Shown here piece after piece: positions 49,765-62,100 of a stretch of 64,000 nt of DNA. This stretch comes from Reclinomonas americana ATCC 50394 (lineage: Eukaryota). Within the stretch, counting starts at the first letter, position 1. Every line of letters begins with the position of its first letter. The stretch is from assembly GCA_048213135.1 (NCBI GenBank), contig PS015419.1, positions 42,198 through 106,197 on the forward strand. The letters run 5' to 3'. The position numbers were made by a program, and so were the translations under genes. The notes beneath the pieces were generated by a model, which had not been told where the DNA came from, made no database searches, and was given only the letters and a program-made list of their open reading frames with translations.

Positions 49765-50364
49765 ATGTCCTCGGCCGGCACCGAGCTATCACGCACGACC
49801 CTCCCCTGCGGCACCGAGCTGGTGGCCATGGGCGGCTCTCTCCTCGACTTCCACGGTGACGCAATCGTGAACGCGGCGAATGAGGGCGGAGTGACCGGGT
49901 TCGGCATCGACGAGATGATCAACCGCGCCGCCGGCACCGTGGACATCAAGGCCGCACGACGTGAGTTTGGTGGCATTCGCACAGGCGAGGCCAAGGTCAC
50001 GCCGAGCTTCGAGCATACGCGAGTCAAGTGGATCATTCACGCGGTGGGGCCGGTGTTGCGGGCGAATCGAGTGGGTGGCAACGTGGGGGCGGCGGAGGGC
50101 GAGGAGCTGTTGGCGCAAGCGTATCGCAGTGCGCTGGCACGTGCGCAGGAGCTGCAAGTGTGCACAATCGGGTTTTGTTTGCTGAGTGCGGGTGTGTTTC
50201 GTGGCGAGAAGCCGCTGGAGGAGGTGGTGCGGGTGGCGTTGAGGGCAATTGCGGGGGCGGCGTATGAGGGGTTGCGCGAGGCTGTGGTGTATGCGTACAC
50301 GGCGGAGGAGCAGGAGTGTTTGCGGAGGGAGATGGTGGCGATGGCGGAGGAGTTGCACTCATGA
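49765..50364 (+). CDS. Macrodomain protein (MacroD/YmdB-type ADP-ribose binding or hydrolase), intronless
   Basis: GDAIVNAANE, INRAAG, TGEAKVTPS, IIHAVGP, LSAGVF. Confidence 0.93.
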   Translation: MSSAGTELSRTTLPCGTELVAMGGSLLDFHGDAIVNAANEGGVTGFGIDEMINRAAGTVDIKAARREFGGIRTGEAKVTPSFEHTRVKWIIHAVGPVLRANRVGGNVGAAEGEELLAQAYRSALARAQELQVCTIGFCLLSAGVFRGEKPLEEVVRVALRAIAGAAYEGLREAVVYAYTAEEQECLRREMVAMAEELHS

Positions 50365-50413
50365 AACTCAGACTTGTGTTGATCACGCTGGCTAGCCGTG
50401 GATATATCGTTGC

Positions 50414-51135
50414 TCAGTGTCGTATGCCATGCATGACCTGTGAATGCTTCGTCGCCTCACTTGTCTGAGTCGGTCGGGAAGCGACAAATGGATCGACATG
50501 GATCGCAACACAGTGCCAGTCATCATGTACTTGTCTGTTCAACGCTGTAGCGTCACAGTTCGCCGAAGGCGTTGAGCTCTGCATCTCGCTTCCGATCCCT
50601 CTCCGAGAGGGATTGCAGCAGCCTGACGAGCGTGCAAAATTAAATCTCGAGGTACCAGAAGCGATGGATGTTCGGATATGCTTGATGTGCTCGGCGGCGT
50701 CTCGCATGTCTCGTATGCGCCTCTCGAGCGCATCGTGATCGTTGCGGTGATGCTTGCCCCAAGCGCTGAGGCTGCGCCGGCGAGCGGCAACAAAGTGCTC
50801 TTCGCCAATGGACTCGACAAGTTGGGCAAGTACGTCAGACAAAAGAACCTCGGCACAGTCCGTCACCGAAGCAGCAGCGGTGGGGCACCTCACGATAGTA
50901 GGCGCACCACTGGAGGTACCGTCATCCTGTGAGCGAAAGCGAGTTACTCTTTGACAAGCACATATGTAAGTGCACTTGTGTGCCTCTCACTCACTCTCTC
51001 CGCGTGTATGTCTGTGTGTCGGCACGCACGTCTGTCATCATCAGATGGGTTGACCGCAGCCGTGGCAGCTGCTTTGTGTGAGCAACACTCGCTCGGAGAC
51101 TCACGAATGCAGAGAGGCGCGCGACGCGCGCTTAC
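50414..51135 (-). CDS. Putative orphan gene, spliced
   Basis: Acceptor CACAG near 50928 opens a ~170-codon frame. Upstream GTGAGT donors lie in or near the duplicated block. No recognisable domain. Confidence 0.35.
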
Positions 51136-51820
51136 ACAGGCNNNNNNNNNNNNNNNNNNNNNNNNNNNNNNNNNNNNNNNNNNNNNNNNNNNNNNNNNNN
51201 NNNNNNNNNNNNNNNNNNNNNNNNNNNNNNNNNNNNNNNNNNNNNNNNNNNNNNNNNNNNNNNNNNNNNNNNNNNNNNNNNNNNNNNNNNNNNNNNNNNN
51301 NNNNNNNNNNNNNNNNNNNNNNNNNNNNNNNNNNNNNNNNNNNNNNNNNNNNNNNNNNNNNNNNNNNNNNNNNNNNNNNNNNNNNNNNNNNNNNNNNNNN
51401 NNNNNNNNNNNNNNNNNNNNNNNNNNNNNNNNNNNNNNNNNNNNNNNNNNNNNNNNNNNNNNNNNNNNNNNNNNNNNNNNNNNNNNNNNNNNNNNNNNNN
51501 NNNNNNNNNNNNNNNNNNNNNNNNNNNNNNNNNNNNNNNNNNNNNNNNNNNNNNNNNNNNNNNNNNNNNNNNNNNNNNNNNNNNNNNNNNNNNNNNNNNN
51601 NNNNNNNNNNNNNNNNNNNNNNNNNNNNNNNNNNNNNNNNNNNNNNNNNNNNNNNNNNNNNNNNNNNNNNNNNNNNNNNNNNNNNNNNNNNNNNNNNNNN
51701 NNNNNNNNNNNNNNNNNNNNNNNNNNNNGCAAAAAACCTACCTCACACGATCCACTTTACAGTAACTATATTGCCACGACGTTTACGACACAAGTCGTAC
51801 CAGACAGGAGAAAGAGCAAA
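51063..51820. repeat. Direct repeat copy A (interrupted by gap)
   Basis: ggcagctgctttg...ctcggagactcacgaatgcagagaggcgcgcgacgcgcgctt and acgatccactttacagtaac...acgacacaagtcgtaccagaca(g/a)gagaaagagca are shared with 56138-56327. Confidence 0.9.
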
Positions 51821-51962
51821 CAAGCACAGTTACTGATGTACAAGAAACCCTCAAGACTGGTGTCTGTGTTGATGTTTCGGGTGTAGTTGGATCAAGACAG
51901 CTGTTGCTATTTAAATGAAGTTGTCAAGCAGGTACATATCGTGGTCATAGAGAAACATATGT

Positions 51963-54900
51963 TTACACGTCATGGTGGTCCTCTGTTGCGCAGATAATTC
52001 GCTTGCCATCTGGCGTCAACGCCAGGCATGACACCGCGCCAGAACCTGCACGATGGCGTAACACCTGCTCGCCCTTATTCAGGGACCACATGCGCACAAA
52101 GCCATCATCGCAACCAGTAACAACGTGCTGGCCGTCGGGAGTCACTGCAACCGATCTCACGCTGCTGGTGTGCCCTTCCAATCGTCGCACCTCCCCGCCA
52201 CTCGCCATGGACCACACCCGTACAGTTCTGTTACTGCCGCTTACAACGTGCTGGCCGTCGGGAGTGACTGCAACCGATGTCACGCTGCCGGTGTTCCCTT
52301 CCAATCGTCGCACCTCCCCGCCACTCGCCATGGACCACACTCGTACAGTTCTGTCACTACTGCCGCTTACAACGTGCTGGCCGTCGGGAGTGACTGCAAC
52401 CGATCTCACCCAGCCGGNNNNNNNNNNNNNNNNNNNNNNNNNNNNNNNNNNNNNNNNNNNNNNNNNNNNNNNNNNNNNNNNNNNNNNNNNNNNNNNNNNN
52501 NNNNNNNNNNNNNNNNNNNNNNNNNNNNNNNNNNNNNNNNNNNNNNNNNNNNNNNNNNNNNNNNNNNNNNNNNNNNNNNNNNNNNNNNNNNNNNNNNNNN
52601 NNNNNNNNNNNNNNNNNNNNNNNNNNNNNNNNNNNNNNNNNNNNNNNNNNNNNNNNNNNNNNNNNNNNNNNNNNNNNNNNNNNNNNNNNNNNNNNNNNNN
52701 NNNNNNNNNNNNNNNNNNNNNNNNNNNNNNNNNNNNNNNNNNNNNNNNNNNNNNNNNNNNNNNNNNNNNNNNNNNNNNNNNNNNNNNNNNNNNNNNNNNN
52801 NNNNNNNNNNNNNNNNNNNNNNNNNNNNNNNNNNNNNNNNNNNNNNNNNNNNNNNNNNNNNNNNNNNNNNNNNNNNNNNNNNNNNNNNNNNNNNNNNNNN
52901 NNNNNNNNNNNNNNNNNNNNNNNNNNNNNNNNNNNNNNNNNNNNNNNNNNNNNNNNNNNNNNNNNNNNNNNNNNNNNNNNNNNNNNNNNNNNNNNNNNNN
53001 NNNNNNNNNNNNNNNNNNNNNNNNNNNNNNNNNNNNNNNNNNNNNNNNNNNNNNNNNNNNNNNNNNNNNNNNNNNNNNNNNNNNNNNNNNNNNNNNNNNN
53101 NNNNNNNNNNNNNNNNNNNNNNNNNNNNNNNNNNNNNNNNNNNNNNNNNNNNNNNNNNNNNNNNNNNNNNNNNNNNNNNNNNNNNNNNNNNNNNNNNNNN
53201 NNNNNNNNNNNNNNNNNNNNNNNNNNNNNNNNNNNNNNNNNNNNNNNNNNNNNNNNNNNNNNNNNNNNNNNNNNNNNNNNNNNNNNNNNNNNNNNNNNNN
53301 NNNNNNNNNNNNNNNNNNNNNNNNCACCAGTGACCACACGTGTACGGAATGGTCATAACGACTGCCGCTCACGACACGCTGGCCGTCGGGACTGACAGCG
53401 ACAGAGTGCATCATAGTTGCACTGTGTGCAACTACCCGTGACTGCACATCATCGCTGCTTGCCAATGACCACACACGGAGCACATGGTCGGGGACGCCAG
53501 AACGCGCAGAGGACCGACCGGAGTCCGACACAAAGATCAAAACGGTGTGCCCGTACAACCTGCGAAGATGTCGTGGTAAGTCATAAACTCTGAGCGAGAA
53601 CAATTAAATGGACAATCACACACTCAGGCGGAGTCCCAGAACGGAATGTCAGTCCGCAGGTAAACCGGGTCCCTGTTTTCCGCAAAGAAAGCGATGGCAA
53701 CGCTCGTCGATGGCGGTTGCAGACTGCCACCGCTGGAGGTATCACTGTCGCGTGACGGACCGATGTCATCCTCTATGGCCATCCAATAGTCACGCCAGTT
53801 GCTGCCGCTACGTGAGAAATGCGCACGGAACCAGCGAAACTGATCGGTGTCTCCATCATGCCATCCCAGAAGATGCAATCGCTCACGAGAACTCGGCTTC
53901 TCTGCTGAATGAGACGATGAAAAGCCACTGCTCTCACGAGCTACACCGTCACTGAACCGAAATTGCGTAGCCTGAATCACAAGCCGCAATCGTCGAAGAG
54001 ACTCGCGAAGAATGTCCTCCGACTCATGCGGTGATGTGACTGCAACAACCTCAATCGAACGACTCAAAATGGTCTCCGGTGAATCAGCTTCCGAGTCAGC
54101 TGCAACACTGTCAATTGTTGACAGCGACGGCGCCACCAAAACCTGCACAACTGCCGGCTTGTAGTCCATTGCATCAAGCAACAGCCTAATGCCACAGCGA
54201 TACAACTGGGTCACAGTGTCCGTGTCGTCCAGTTCCGTGCACAGCTCACGCGCGTATAGCAACTGTTCGCGATTACTTGGCTCGTCGACCTTGCCGATGA
54301 GGTGACAAATAAACCCAAGCACAGCTGTTCTGGAATTCACGTTCTGCGCCAGATTGCTGCCGAAGCCACTGCGATACAAGTTGACACACCGACGGCACTT
54401 GTCGATAAGGTCGCCGGTTCCGGACTCGTGCATGATGCGATCTTCTTCCACACTTATCTGCGCGTGCACACACTCATAAGCACACAGAAGGGGCGGTACA
54501 AGCAAAGATAACGAAAACCTGCTCCAAAATCATCGACTCTTTGCACAAGTCCTCGATGTCCTTCTCCGTGAAATCCAGTGAAGAAACGGCTGCGTGGTCG
54601 TCGACGCCCGCAGACACGGGTGGCACGGTACTATGCCAACTCGCCACCTCAGTGACCTCATCGGCACACACCCGATACACCAGGTGGTACATCTGCGAAT
54701 CCGGAAGGAGGGGAACATCATCGGTGGCCGAGGTGACCGCCGCCACCGCGCGATCGAGACTCATCGCACAGCCCTCTTCCGACGACAGGTACCCGATGAC
54801 GCAGAGCACTGTGTCACACAGGCTCCTCGGTAAGCTACTCAACAAACCACAACGATGCTCCAATATAGCACGCACGAATTGCTGTGTGAGAGCAGTCACT

Positions 54901-55380
54901 CTGCACGGCCACACCGCACTCGACATCGGAATCATACTCGCTGAATAGCGTCTTCAGCTTTACGACCACAGCGCTTCGCCACTCGACAAGCGTCTTTTTC
55001 GAGAAGGACGCTGGAGGTGCAAGCGGAATCGCCTTGATGCGACTGCCAAAGCCCGCCGACTCCACATCGTCGAATGCCTGTTGGTGACTGCGTCAATCAT
55101 CATCATTCTGGAGACTCAGCAGCAACAAGCAGACTCACATAGTCGACTTTTCTGTCGCTGATGTTGACGACAGCCTTCACAGACGGCGGCAGATCAGCTG
55201 GTGCAAACAGGCAGCTCTCGTCGCGAATGCCGACATCAGCAGCGTCGGAAGCACATCGTTGAACAAATTCGAGGAAACCGCGTGCGCTGAACAAGACGCG
55301 GAGCTTCGGCCAGTTGGGAATGAAAGGTTCACATATGAGGAGGTAGTGCTTGTCAGTGACCGGTATCCTCTTGGAGAACT
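51963..55380 (-). CDS. Protein with an unknown N-terminal region and a C-terminal array of near-identical WD40 repeats
   Basis: Repeats SVAVTPDGQHVVSGS(S)xRTVRVWSMASGGEVRRLEG are nearly identical at DNA level (~126-bp unit). Plausible GT-AG introns link the ORFs at 55380-55139, 55078-54938, 54900-54520 and 54457-53643 to the WD40 exon. The WD40 call is firm; the fusion is inferred. Confidence 0.7.
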
Positions 55381-55898
55381 GTGAGTGGAAGAATGATATG
55401 AGTGAATGTCGGCGATGGCCACGCACAAGAGCGCACAAGCACGCAGATAGGTGGTGTGCTCACTGGACGAACACGCCAGCGCTCACAAGACACCAAAACA
55501 CAACACTGCGAGATTCTCTCACTCGCCAGTCTCTCTCACTCGCCAGTCTCTCTCACTCGTTGTCTCTCTCTCTCTCTCNNNNNNNNNNNNNNNNNNNNNN
55601 NNNNNNNNNNNNNNNNNNNNNNNNNNNNNNNNNNNNNNNNNNNNNNNNNNNNNNNNNNNNNNNNNNNNNNNNNNNNNNNNNNNNNNNNNNNNNNNNNNNN
55701 NNNNNNNNNNNNNNNNNNNNNNNNNNNNNNNNNNNNNNNNNNNNNNNNNNNNNNNNNNNNNNNNNNNNNNNNNNNNNNNNNNNNNNNNNNNNNNNNNNNN
55801 NNNNNNNNNNNNNNNNNNNNNNNNNNNNNNNNNNNNNNNNNNNNNNNNNNNNNNNNNNNNNNNNNNNNNNNNNNNNNNNNNNNNNNNNNNNNNNNNNN

Positions 55899-55977
<79 letters not shown>

Positions 55978-56004
55978 GTTCTCTCTCTCTCTCTCTCTCT
56001 CTCT
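55899..56004. repeat. (CT)n microsatellite
   Basis: Seen directly beside the gap. Confidence 0.97.
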
Positions 56005-56137
56005 GACTTACACAAGCGACGGAACGCACACGAAACTTTTTTCTGGGTGACATAAGACGCCGAGATGAATGGAAACGTGTCAAAGTAGGCTGCCATCTGC
56101 GAGCGTGGGTTGGGACGAGCGGGCGCGCTGGATCAAG

Positions 56138-56327
56138 GGCAGCTGCTTTGCATGGGCAACAATTACTCGGAGACTCACGAATGCAGAGAGGCGCGCGACG
56201 CGCGCTTCGTGCAACAAGCAAAAATCGTCATGACTGTATACGATCCACTTTACAGTAACGTTAATAATTGCCACGGCGTCGAGTTTAACTTGACGACACA
56301 AGTCGTACCAGACAAGAGAAAGAGCAG
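56138..56327. repeat. Direct repeat copy B
   Basis: Matches 51063-51133 and 51729-51820. Confidence 0.9.
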
Positions 56328-56422
56328 CGAGTCCTCCGTCTTGCCGCTCTCGGTTACCGTCCCACAAAAACTGCGGTGAGTTGTGGAGCTCGCGCAGCGT
56401 ATTCTGTAGTTGCAGTTTCTGA

Positions 56423-58950
56423 CTACACCGACGACGATGAGCGGAGGCCGGTGAGCGATAACCTCTCCTCCAATTCCCTCTCCTGCGCGCAGTATGCCCG
56501 AAACTGCCCATCACAGTTGAGAGAGACGCAAGGGTTGCTTGTCTACAAAATCGTACTCACCGCCGGCGACTCCTTCAGGCGCAAGTACGAGTCGGTCCGC
56601 AGCTGTGCGCATGTGAGGCAGCAGACGTGAATCGAAGACCAGATCACGTGCACACGCACCTGCCTACGAACAGCCGCGACAGCCTCGTCAAACACACTGC
56701 GACACGTGAACCAGCAACCGGCAAACTCCTGCTCCTCACGTGTGAGCTGCCAGTCTAGCAATCTCCTGTCATACTTGCATCTCTCACCTCGGCTTCGTCC
56801 ACTATGCACACCGGCTGGTCGTCGCGCAGAATCATGACCCACTGCAAGAAATCGGCAATATTCGTGGCCGTCGCCAGTGCCTCCCTGGTGTCAGCCACTC
56901 GCGCGTCGTCCTCCGGAATGGGAGCGACAACGAGCCAACTGAATGCCGACTCGGTGGGGTTGTCCATTTGCTTGCGGAGCCTCTCGATCACACTGCATCG
57001 AAAATCATCTCAGCGGGTGCAACAAAGGTGGTGGCGGCCACTGTGCGCAGCACATCACACTGACCTGCCCGACACGTTGAGTTCGTGATCGCCAGAGCTG
57101 GTGAAAAAGTCGGCGTAAATCCGCAGGCACTCCTGTCGTGTGTTGGCGTCGGCGGCCGCCGGAAGCGGCACACGGGTGCCGAGGCGGATGGCGGAATACT
57201 TGAGTTGCCGGACTCGATCGAGAAACAGTAGGTTCTGCGTCGCAGGCATTAGTTTCACCAGCAGCTCGCACGCGGGGGAACACGGACTTGCACAGCGCAA
57301 ACCTCACTGCTGAACTCGCGCACAAGAAAATCGGCAAACAAGTACCGCTTCTCGTGGTGCAGCAGAATGTCGTCGAATGTGTTCGGTTTCACCGCCATCA
57401 GTGAGTCGTCGCCCAGCAGGCTCTCCGTCAGCTGATGCCGGTCGCCTACGGAGCCCAACTCAAAGCCGCTGCTGGCCGAAGTGTTCGTGACAGCTTGTTT
57501 GCTTCCGGAGAGAATTCGCAGAACTCTCCGACGCTTCCGCTCGTGGTACTCGAATCGCAAGGCGCCAATCAGCGGAATCACCAGGTTGACGAGCAACTGG
57601 GCCGAAAAAAGTCCGACGCCAGTAACCTGTGCGGCAGGAGTGCTATGTCACGTAGCCACTCTTCTGAATGAGTGTAGTAAATGCAAACAGAGGCACGCAC
57701 TTGCAAAATAATCGCAGCGGGCAAGTTGGTTGTATCCGTGCCTCCAGCCGCAGTGGCCGCGACAAACGGCACCGTGAAGAACGGCATTACCAAGGCATTC
57801 GCACGCAGCTCGTTGTTGATGGAGAAGTTGTCGTCGACGTTGCGCATCCAGTACAACAGTGGTCCGATCAGAATCAAAGACAGTGCGATCGTCGCTCCCG
57901 TCGCCAGGTTTGCTCGGTAAACCGCGACCTTGCATTCGCACCAACCCTCCGACACTGCGTAGAAGCCCTTCCCTCTCAACACCGTCAATGCCACAGTGGC
58001 CAATGTCGTGACGGAAGCCAGTGCCAACAGCAGCTCCCACATCAGCAGCCGCGTCTCGCGAAAGTGACGAGCACGTGCAAACAGTTGATGTTTCCTCTTC
58101 TGCGCTGCTGCCGTCTCCTGCGCTGGAAGCAGTGGCAGTGCGCTCTTCTTTCTTGCCTCCACGATACTCGTGACTACCTGCGAGCGTGCCATTGACGCGT
58201 TGAAGACAGTAATCAAGCGACCAGCTGTTGTCGACGGTCATCGAAGTCTATGAGTCACCTCTCGCGTTTTTTTGCACAATGGCAGATGCTCACCTCGCAG
58301 GAGCGCCGACGCCACAAGGAGTGGGACGGTAAACAGGGGAATGATGAGATCGGTCCAGCATGCTTGCATCGCGTCCACATTCATCGTCTGCAACATGAAG
58401 GCGCTGAACGGAACCCGAACATGACGGTGAATCAATCAATCAACAAACACACATGACAGGAGAGCAGAGGCAAGCAAACCAGCAGCCAACCAGGCCCGCC
58501 GTAGAGGAGACCACCTGTAGCCACGGCGATCGTCGCAGCAAGTACAGCGATCCACGAAGAAGCAAGAAAATATACACCTGTATCGGCATGATTGATGAAT
58601 GGATTGACAATGAAATGATGTGCGCCTCACTAAATGTGTGCATGTGCGTGTTTGTGCGACTCACTCCCAGGGCCACCGAAGTCACAGCAAAGAGAGCCAC
58701 GGCAGCCCATCCCGTGAAGCTGTACACGGCGATAAAAGTTGGATTCGTCTGCAGCACAGGTAACAACAAGACGCAGTTAGTCATCATCAACCACGAGCAC
58801 TCACACACACACCACCAGCACGTCGGACGCACCGCGACAGGAATTGATGCCAGAATGGATGCCTGTATGTTCTCAAAGTCGTCAATGCATCATGAGCAAT
58901 ATATGTCAATATCGCGGATTCATGCGCGCTGCGCGCTCGCGCAAGACGTA
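56423..58950 (-). CDS. 7TM-RGS protein (multi-pass membrane domain fused to a regulator of G-protein signalling domain; 5' end uncertain)
   Basis: Several hydrophobic helices, LRRSPWL and VDDNFSINNELR. RGS motifs FDDILL...LFADFLVREFSSE|NLLFL, IYADFFTSSGDHELNVS, VFDEAVAAVRRQ|LRTDSYLR, FRAY. Confidence 0.85.
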
Positions 58951-59105
58951 CCCAACAGGAGATCTGCATGCTGCAGGCGGCCCCCACCGCGGCGTCTGTG
59001 GCCGTCTTCTCCACGCAACGGCGGACACACAAACAGGGAAGGAGGACACGGGTGACCGCAACTTCACACTTTTTCTCACTCTTCATTACCATCTTCACCC
59101 CCGCC

Positions 59106-62100
59106 TCAACCCGGCGCACTCGGCTGCGACTTGCGCGGCTGCGCCACCGCAAACGCCTGCAAAAAGTCGAATCCAGACGCTGCCGCCGCCGATGTCACCG
59201 CTCCGCCCCTATTACTTGGTCGACCTTGCGCGTCCATGACCGGCGCCTCGGCCTCAGAGAACTCGAGTGAATACCCAGCACGCTGCTGCTGCTGCTGCTG
59301 CTGCTGATGCGCATGCTGCTGTAGCGACGAGCCTGAATGGCTGCTGTTGCTGCTGCCGCTGCCGCCGCCTCCATGGCCAAGCAACTGCGCTGTCCACGCC
59401 GCCGTGCCGTGGAACGACGCACCAAGCGGCGACTGGAAGTGGTCGAGCGGCGACGGCATTTGCGGCCGTGGGAGTGCATCGGGCACCGACGCCGGCGGCG
59501 ACAGGTGCACCAGCGAACCCGAGTCGGACGGCGAAATGTCGATACTGCCAACTGTGGCCGTCGACGACAGCGAGTCCGGCAGTGGGACGCGCGCCAGCGG
59601 CATTCCACGACCACTGGCGACGGCTGCTTGGGGTGGTGGCCCGCGCTTCCCTGCAGGAGGCGGAAGAGCTGCAGCACCAAACGGAGGAGCGCCGGCACCT
59701 TTCGATCTCGGGTCCTCCGGACTGGCCGAGCTGGGCGGCGACACGTGCCACGACACGGTGTTGCCGGTGCTGCTGGACTCGGCACTAGACGACCCCAGCG
59801 ACGACACCGGAGTGCGAATCGCAAGGTTGGCGGCAGCGACGTCCGTGGTGACAGGCCGCCGTGCGCCCTGCTGCTGTTGCTGCTGTTGTTGCTGCTGCTG
59901 TTGTTGTAGTTGCTGCTGCTGCTGTTGTAGTTGCTGCTGTTGCTGTTGCGCTTTTCCCTTGCGACCACCTCCCACAGTGTTGCCGGAAGCAGCCGCGGAC
60001 GCCGGCGACTCTCCTGGTGGACGAGCAATCGCACTAGGACTGGCGCCCACGGCACCGGCGCCGGTCGCATTGGGAGTCGCCGACGCCGCTGTCGCAGCGG
60101 GTGCGCCACGACCGCGACCTCCGCCACCACCACCGCCACCACCGCCACCACCACGACCGGCTGGGGCACGAGATACGGCGGGTTTCGGGGATGCCGAGCT
60201 GGCTGGCGGCGCTGGTGCAGGCGCAGCCGCCAGCGGCGGAGAGCGCGGAGGTGTGGTATGCTGCGACCGGTTGCCACGAGTCCGTTGTCGCTGCGTTCCT
60301 TGCGCACCATTGGCACTGGCTGCCGGCGCCGTCGCCGCGACGCCAGGCACCTCCGACGGTGTGCGTCGGGGTGGTCGTGCCGGCACACCGACTTGCGGTT
60401 GCGGCAGTCGACTGTGCGACGATGCACTGCGCTTCGACGCCCCTTGTTGTGGTGCTTGCTGCTGCTGCTGTTGCTGTGGCTGTGATTCCCCGGCGGCAGC
60501 GGATTCGGTTCGCCCACCCGTCCTGGTTCCACGCTGATCGGGCGATGGAACTCCTCGATTCGGCAATCGCGGTGCGACTCCGCTCGCCGTCGCACCCTCT
60601 GTGCGATCACCGCCGCCAGCCGTGCCGCCGGCCCCGGCAGCACCACGCAACAAGGCGGCAATGGTTGCGGCGCCTGCCAGCTGAATCGACGAGGGCGGAC
60701 TCGGTGTGCCGACATCGAGAAGCGCCATGTTGGTGTACGACGATGACATGCTCGGACTTGTGCCGGCGGACGACATGCTGTAGCGGTCGAGGGTGGCCGA
60801 CTCCATCGGCATGGTCGGCAGCACCGACGAGAGGGTCTTGAGCTCACCAATTTTTTCGTCAATCAATTTTTGCAGCTGCAGCAGGGTGCGCTCACGCTCC
60901 AGCACCAGCGGATCCGCTGCATCAAGCACCGGTGGTGAGCAAACACTAGATGGCGTGTGCAAAAGAAGAGTCGAGCAGGCTTACCGGTGGACGACGTCAC
61001 CGAGACGGCGGCGGCGGCGGCGGCTACCGCCGTGTCCGTGGACACGGCAGCCGCTTGTGCCTCGGCACTGAACTGATGCAACGGATTCGGCATGGACTCC
61101 ATCTGCTGTCGCTGCTCCACGAGCGACTGCTGCATGATACGCATGTTGTCGACAATGTTGCGGTGCTCCGCAATCACATCGTCCAGCGGTTGCTTCAGCA
61201 GAATCTCGGCCTCGCCCACTGCCAGGCGATAGGTGAATAAATCACACGCAGGTAACGCGCCAAAAGAAAAAAACCACGCAACAGACGTGCGAGAGCCGGT
61301 CGCACAGCGATCTCGCAAAGCTCACTGTGCCGTCCACTTGCTCCATGACGACCGCCAGGTGCGCCTCCGACTTTTCAATGTCGTAGAATGCCGCCACCGG
61401 GGAACGAATGGCCAACATGGCCGCCTTTTGCTGGCGGTCAGTGGGGATTTTGGCGAGGTAGCCGACGGCCACCACTTGCAGTTGCTCCAGCTACGACGAG
61501 AACACGTTGAGGCGCAGCAAGAAGTATGACGAGAATAAAGAAAACGGACTGACCCTCGCGGCCTCGGCCTGCAAGCACGTGGCGGCATGCAGGAGGAACT
61601 GACCGAGAGCCTGGTGCAGTGCAAGGCGGTACTCTTGCAGGCGCTCTTCCGTGAGCTCACGAACCGTCTCCTGGATGCCGGCTGCAGCGAGGAGGAGAAA
61701 TCAGTGTTGCAATAACTTGGTTTGCTGCGTGCGTTCACCACGCAACTCAAGTAGTCGCGAATGTGCTCCAGCGACTGGCCGTACGTCTCGAAACGCTTGC
61801 ATTGGTCCACGCTCTCCGTGCGTCGCTCCTGCAACACACGAACTTCGTCTTCGTACTTGGCCTCCAGATTGGCGTCCTTGCTCTGCACACGCACATCACA
61901 CAAATCAATGGCACGCGCGGACATGGACGAAGGGCCTGTGTGACGCAACATACAACTCGTCACGCTCGCGCTTAATGACCTCCTCCTCGCGTCCAATCTC
62001 CGCCAGCCGATTCAGCAACATTTCCTTTTCTCGGAAAAGCTGCGTTTCACGCTCCGTTAGCTGATCCATGCGCTCCTGCCACTCGAGCTCCTGTTCGCAG

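Noticed and set aside
52120-52417. CRISPR-like or non-coding tandem array
   Set aside because: Units are in-frame WD40 repeats with no unique spacers.
3221-56221. Long ORFs containing X runs
   Set aside because: Artefacts of reading through N gaps.
51063-56327. LTR retrotransposon between the direct repeats
   Set aside because: No gag, RT or integrase motifs, no clear TG...CA ends, and the interior is a spliced WD40 gene.
56780-56820. Walker B-like PVCIVDE suggesting an NTPase upstream of the WD40 gene
   Set aside because: It lies between RGS motifs of the 7TM-RGS gene, which stops at 56423, and there is no Walker A nearby.
59195-60862. Overlapping antisense and alternative-frame ORFs (including the poly-Cys ORF 59347..60537)
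   Set aside because: Shadows of a GC-rich coding exon and its polyQ repeats. The same applies to antisense ORFs over DRC3, STT3 and the E3 gene.
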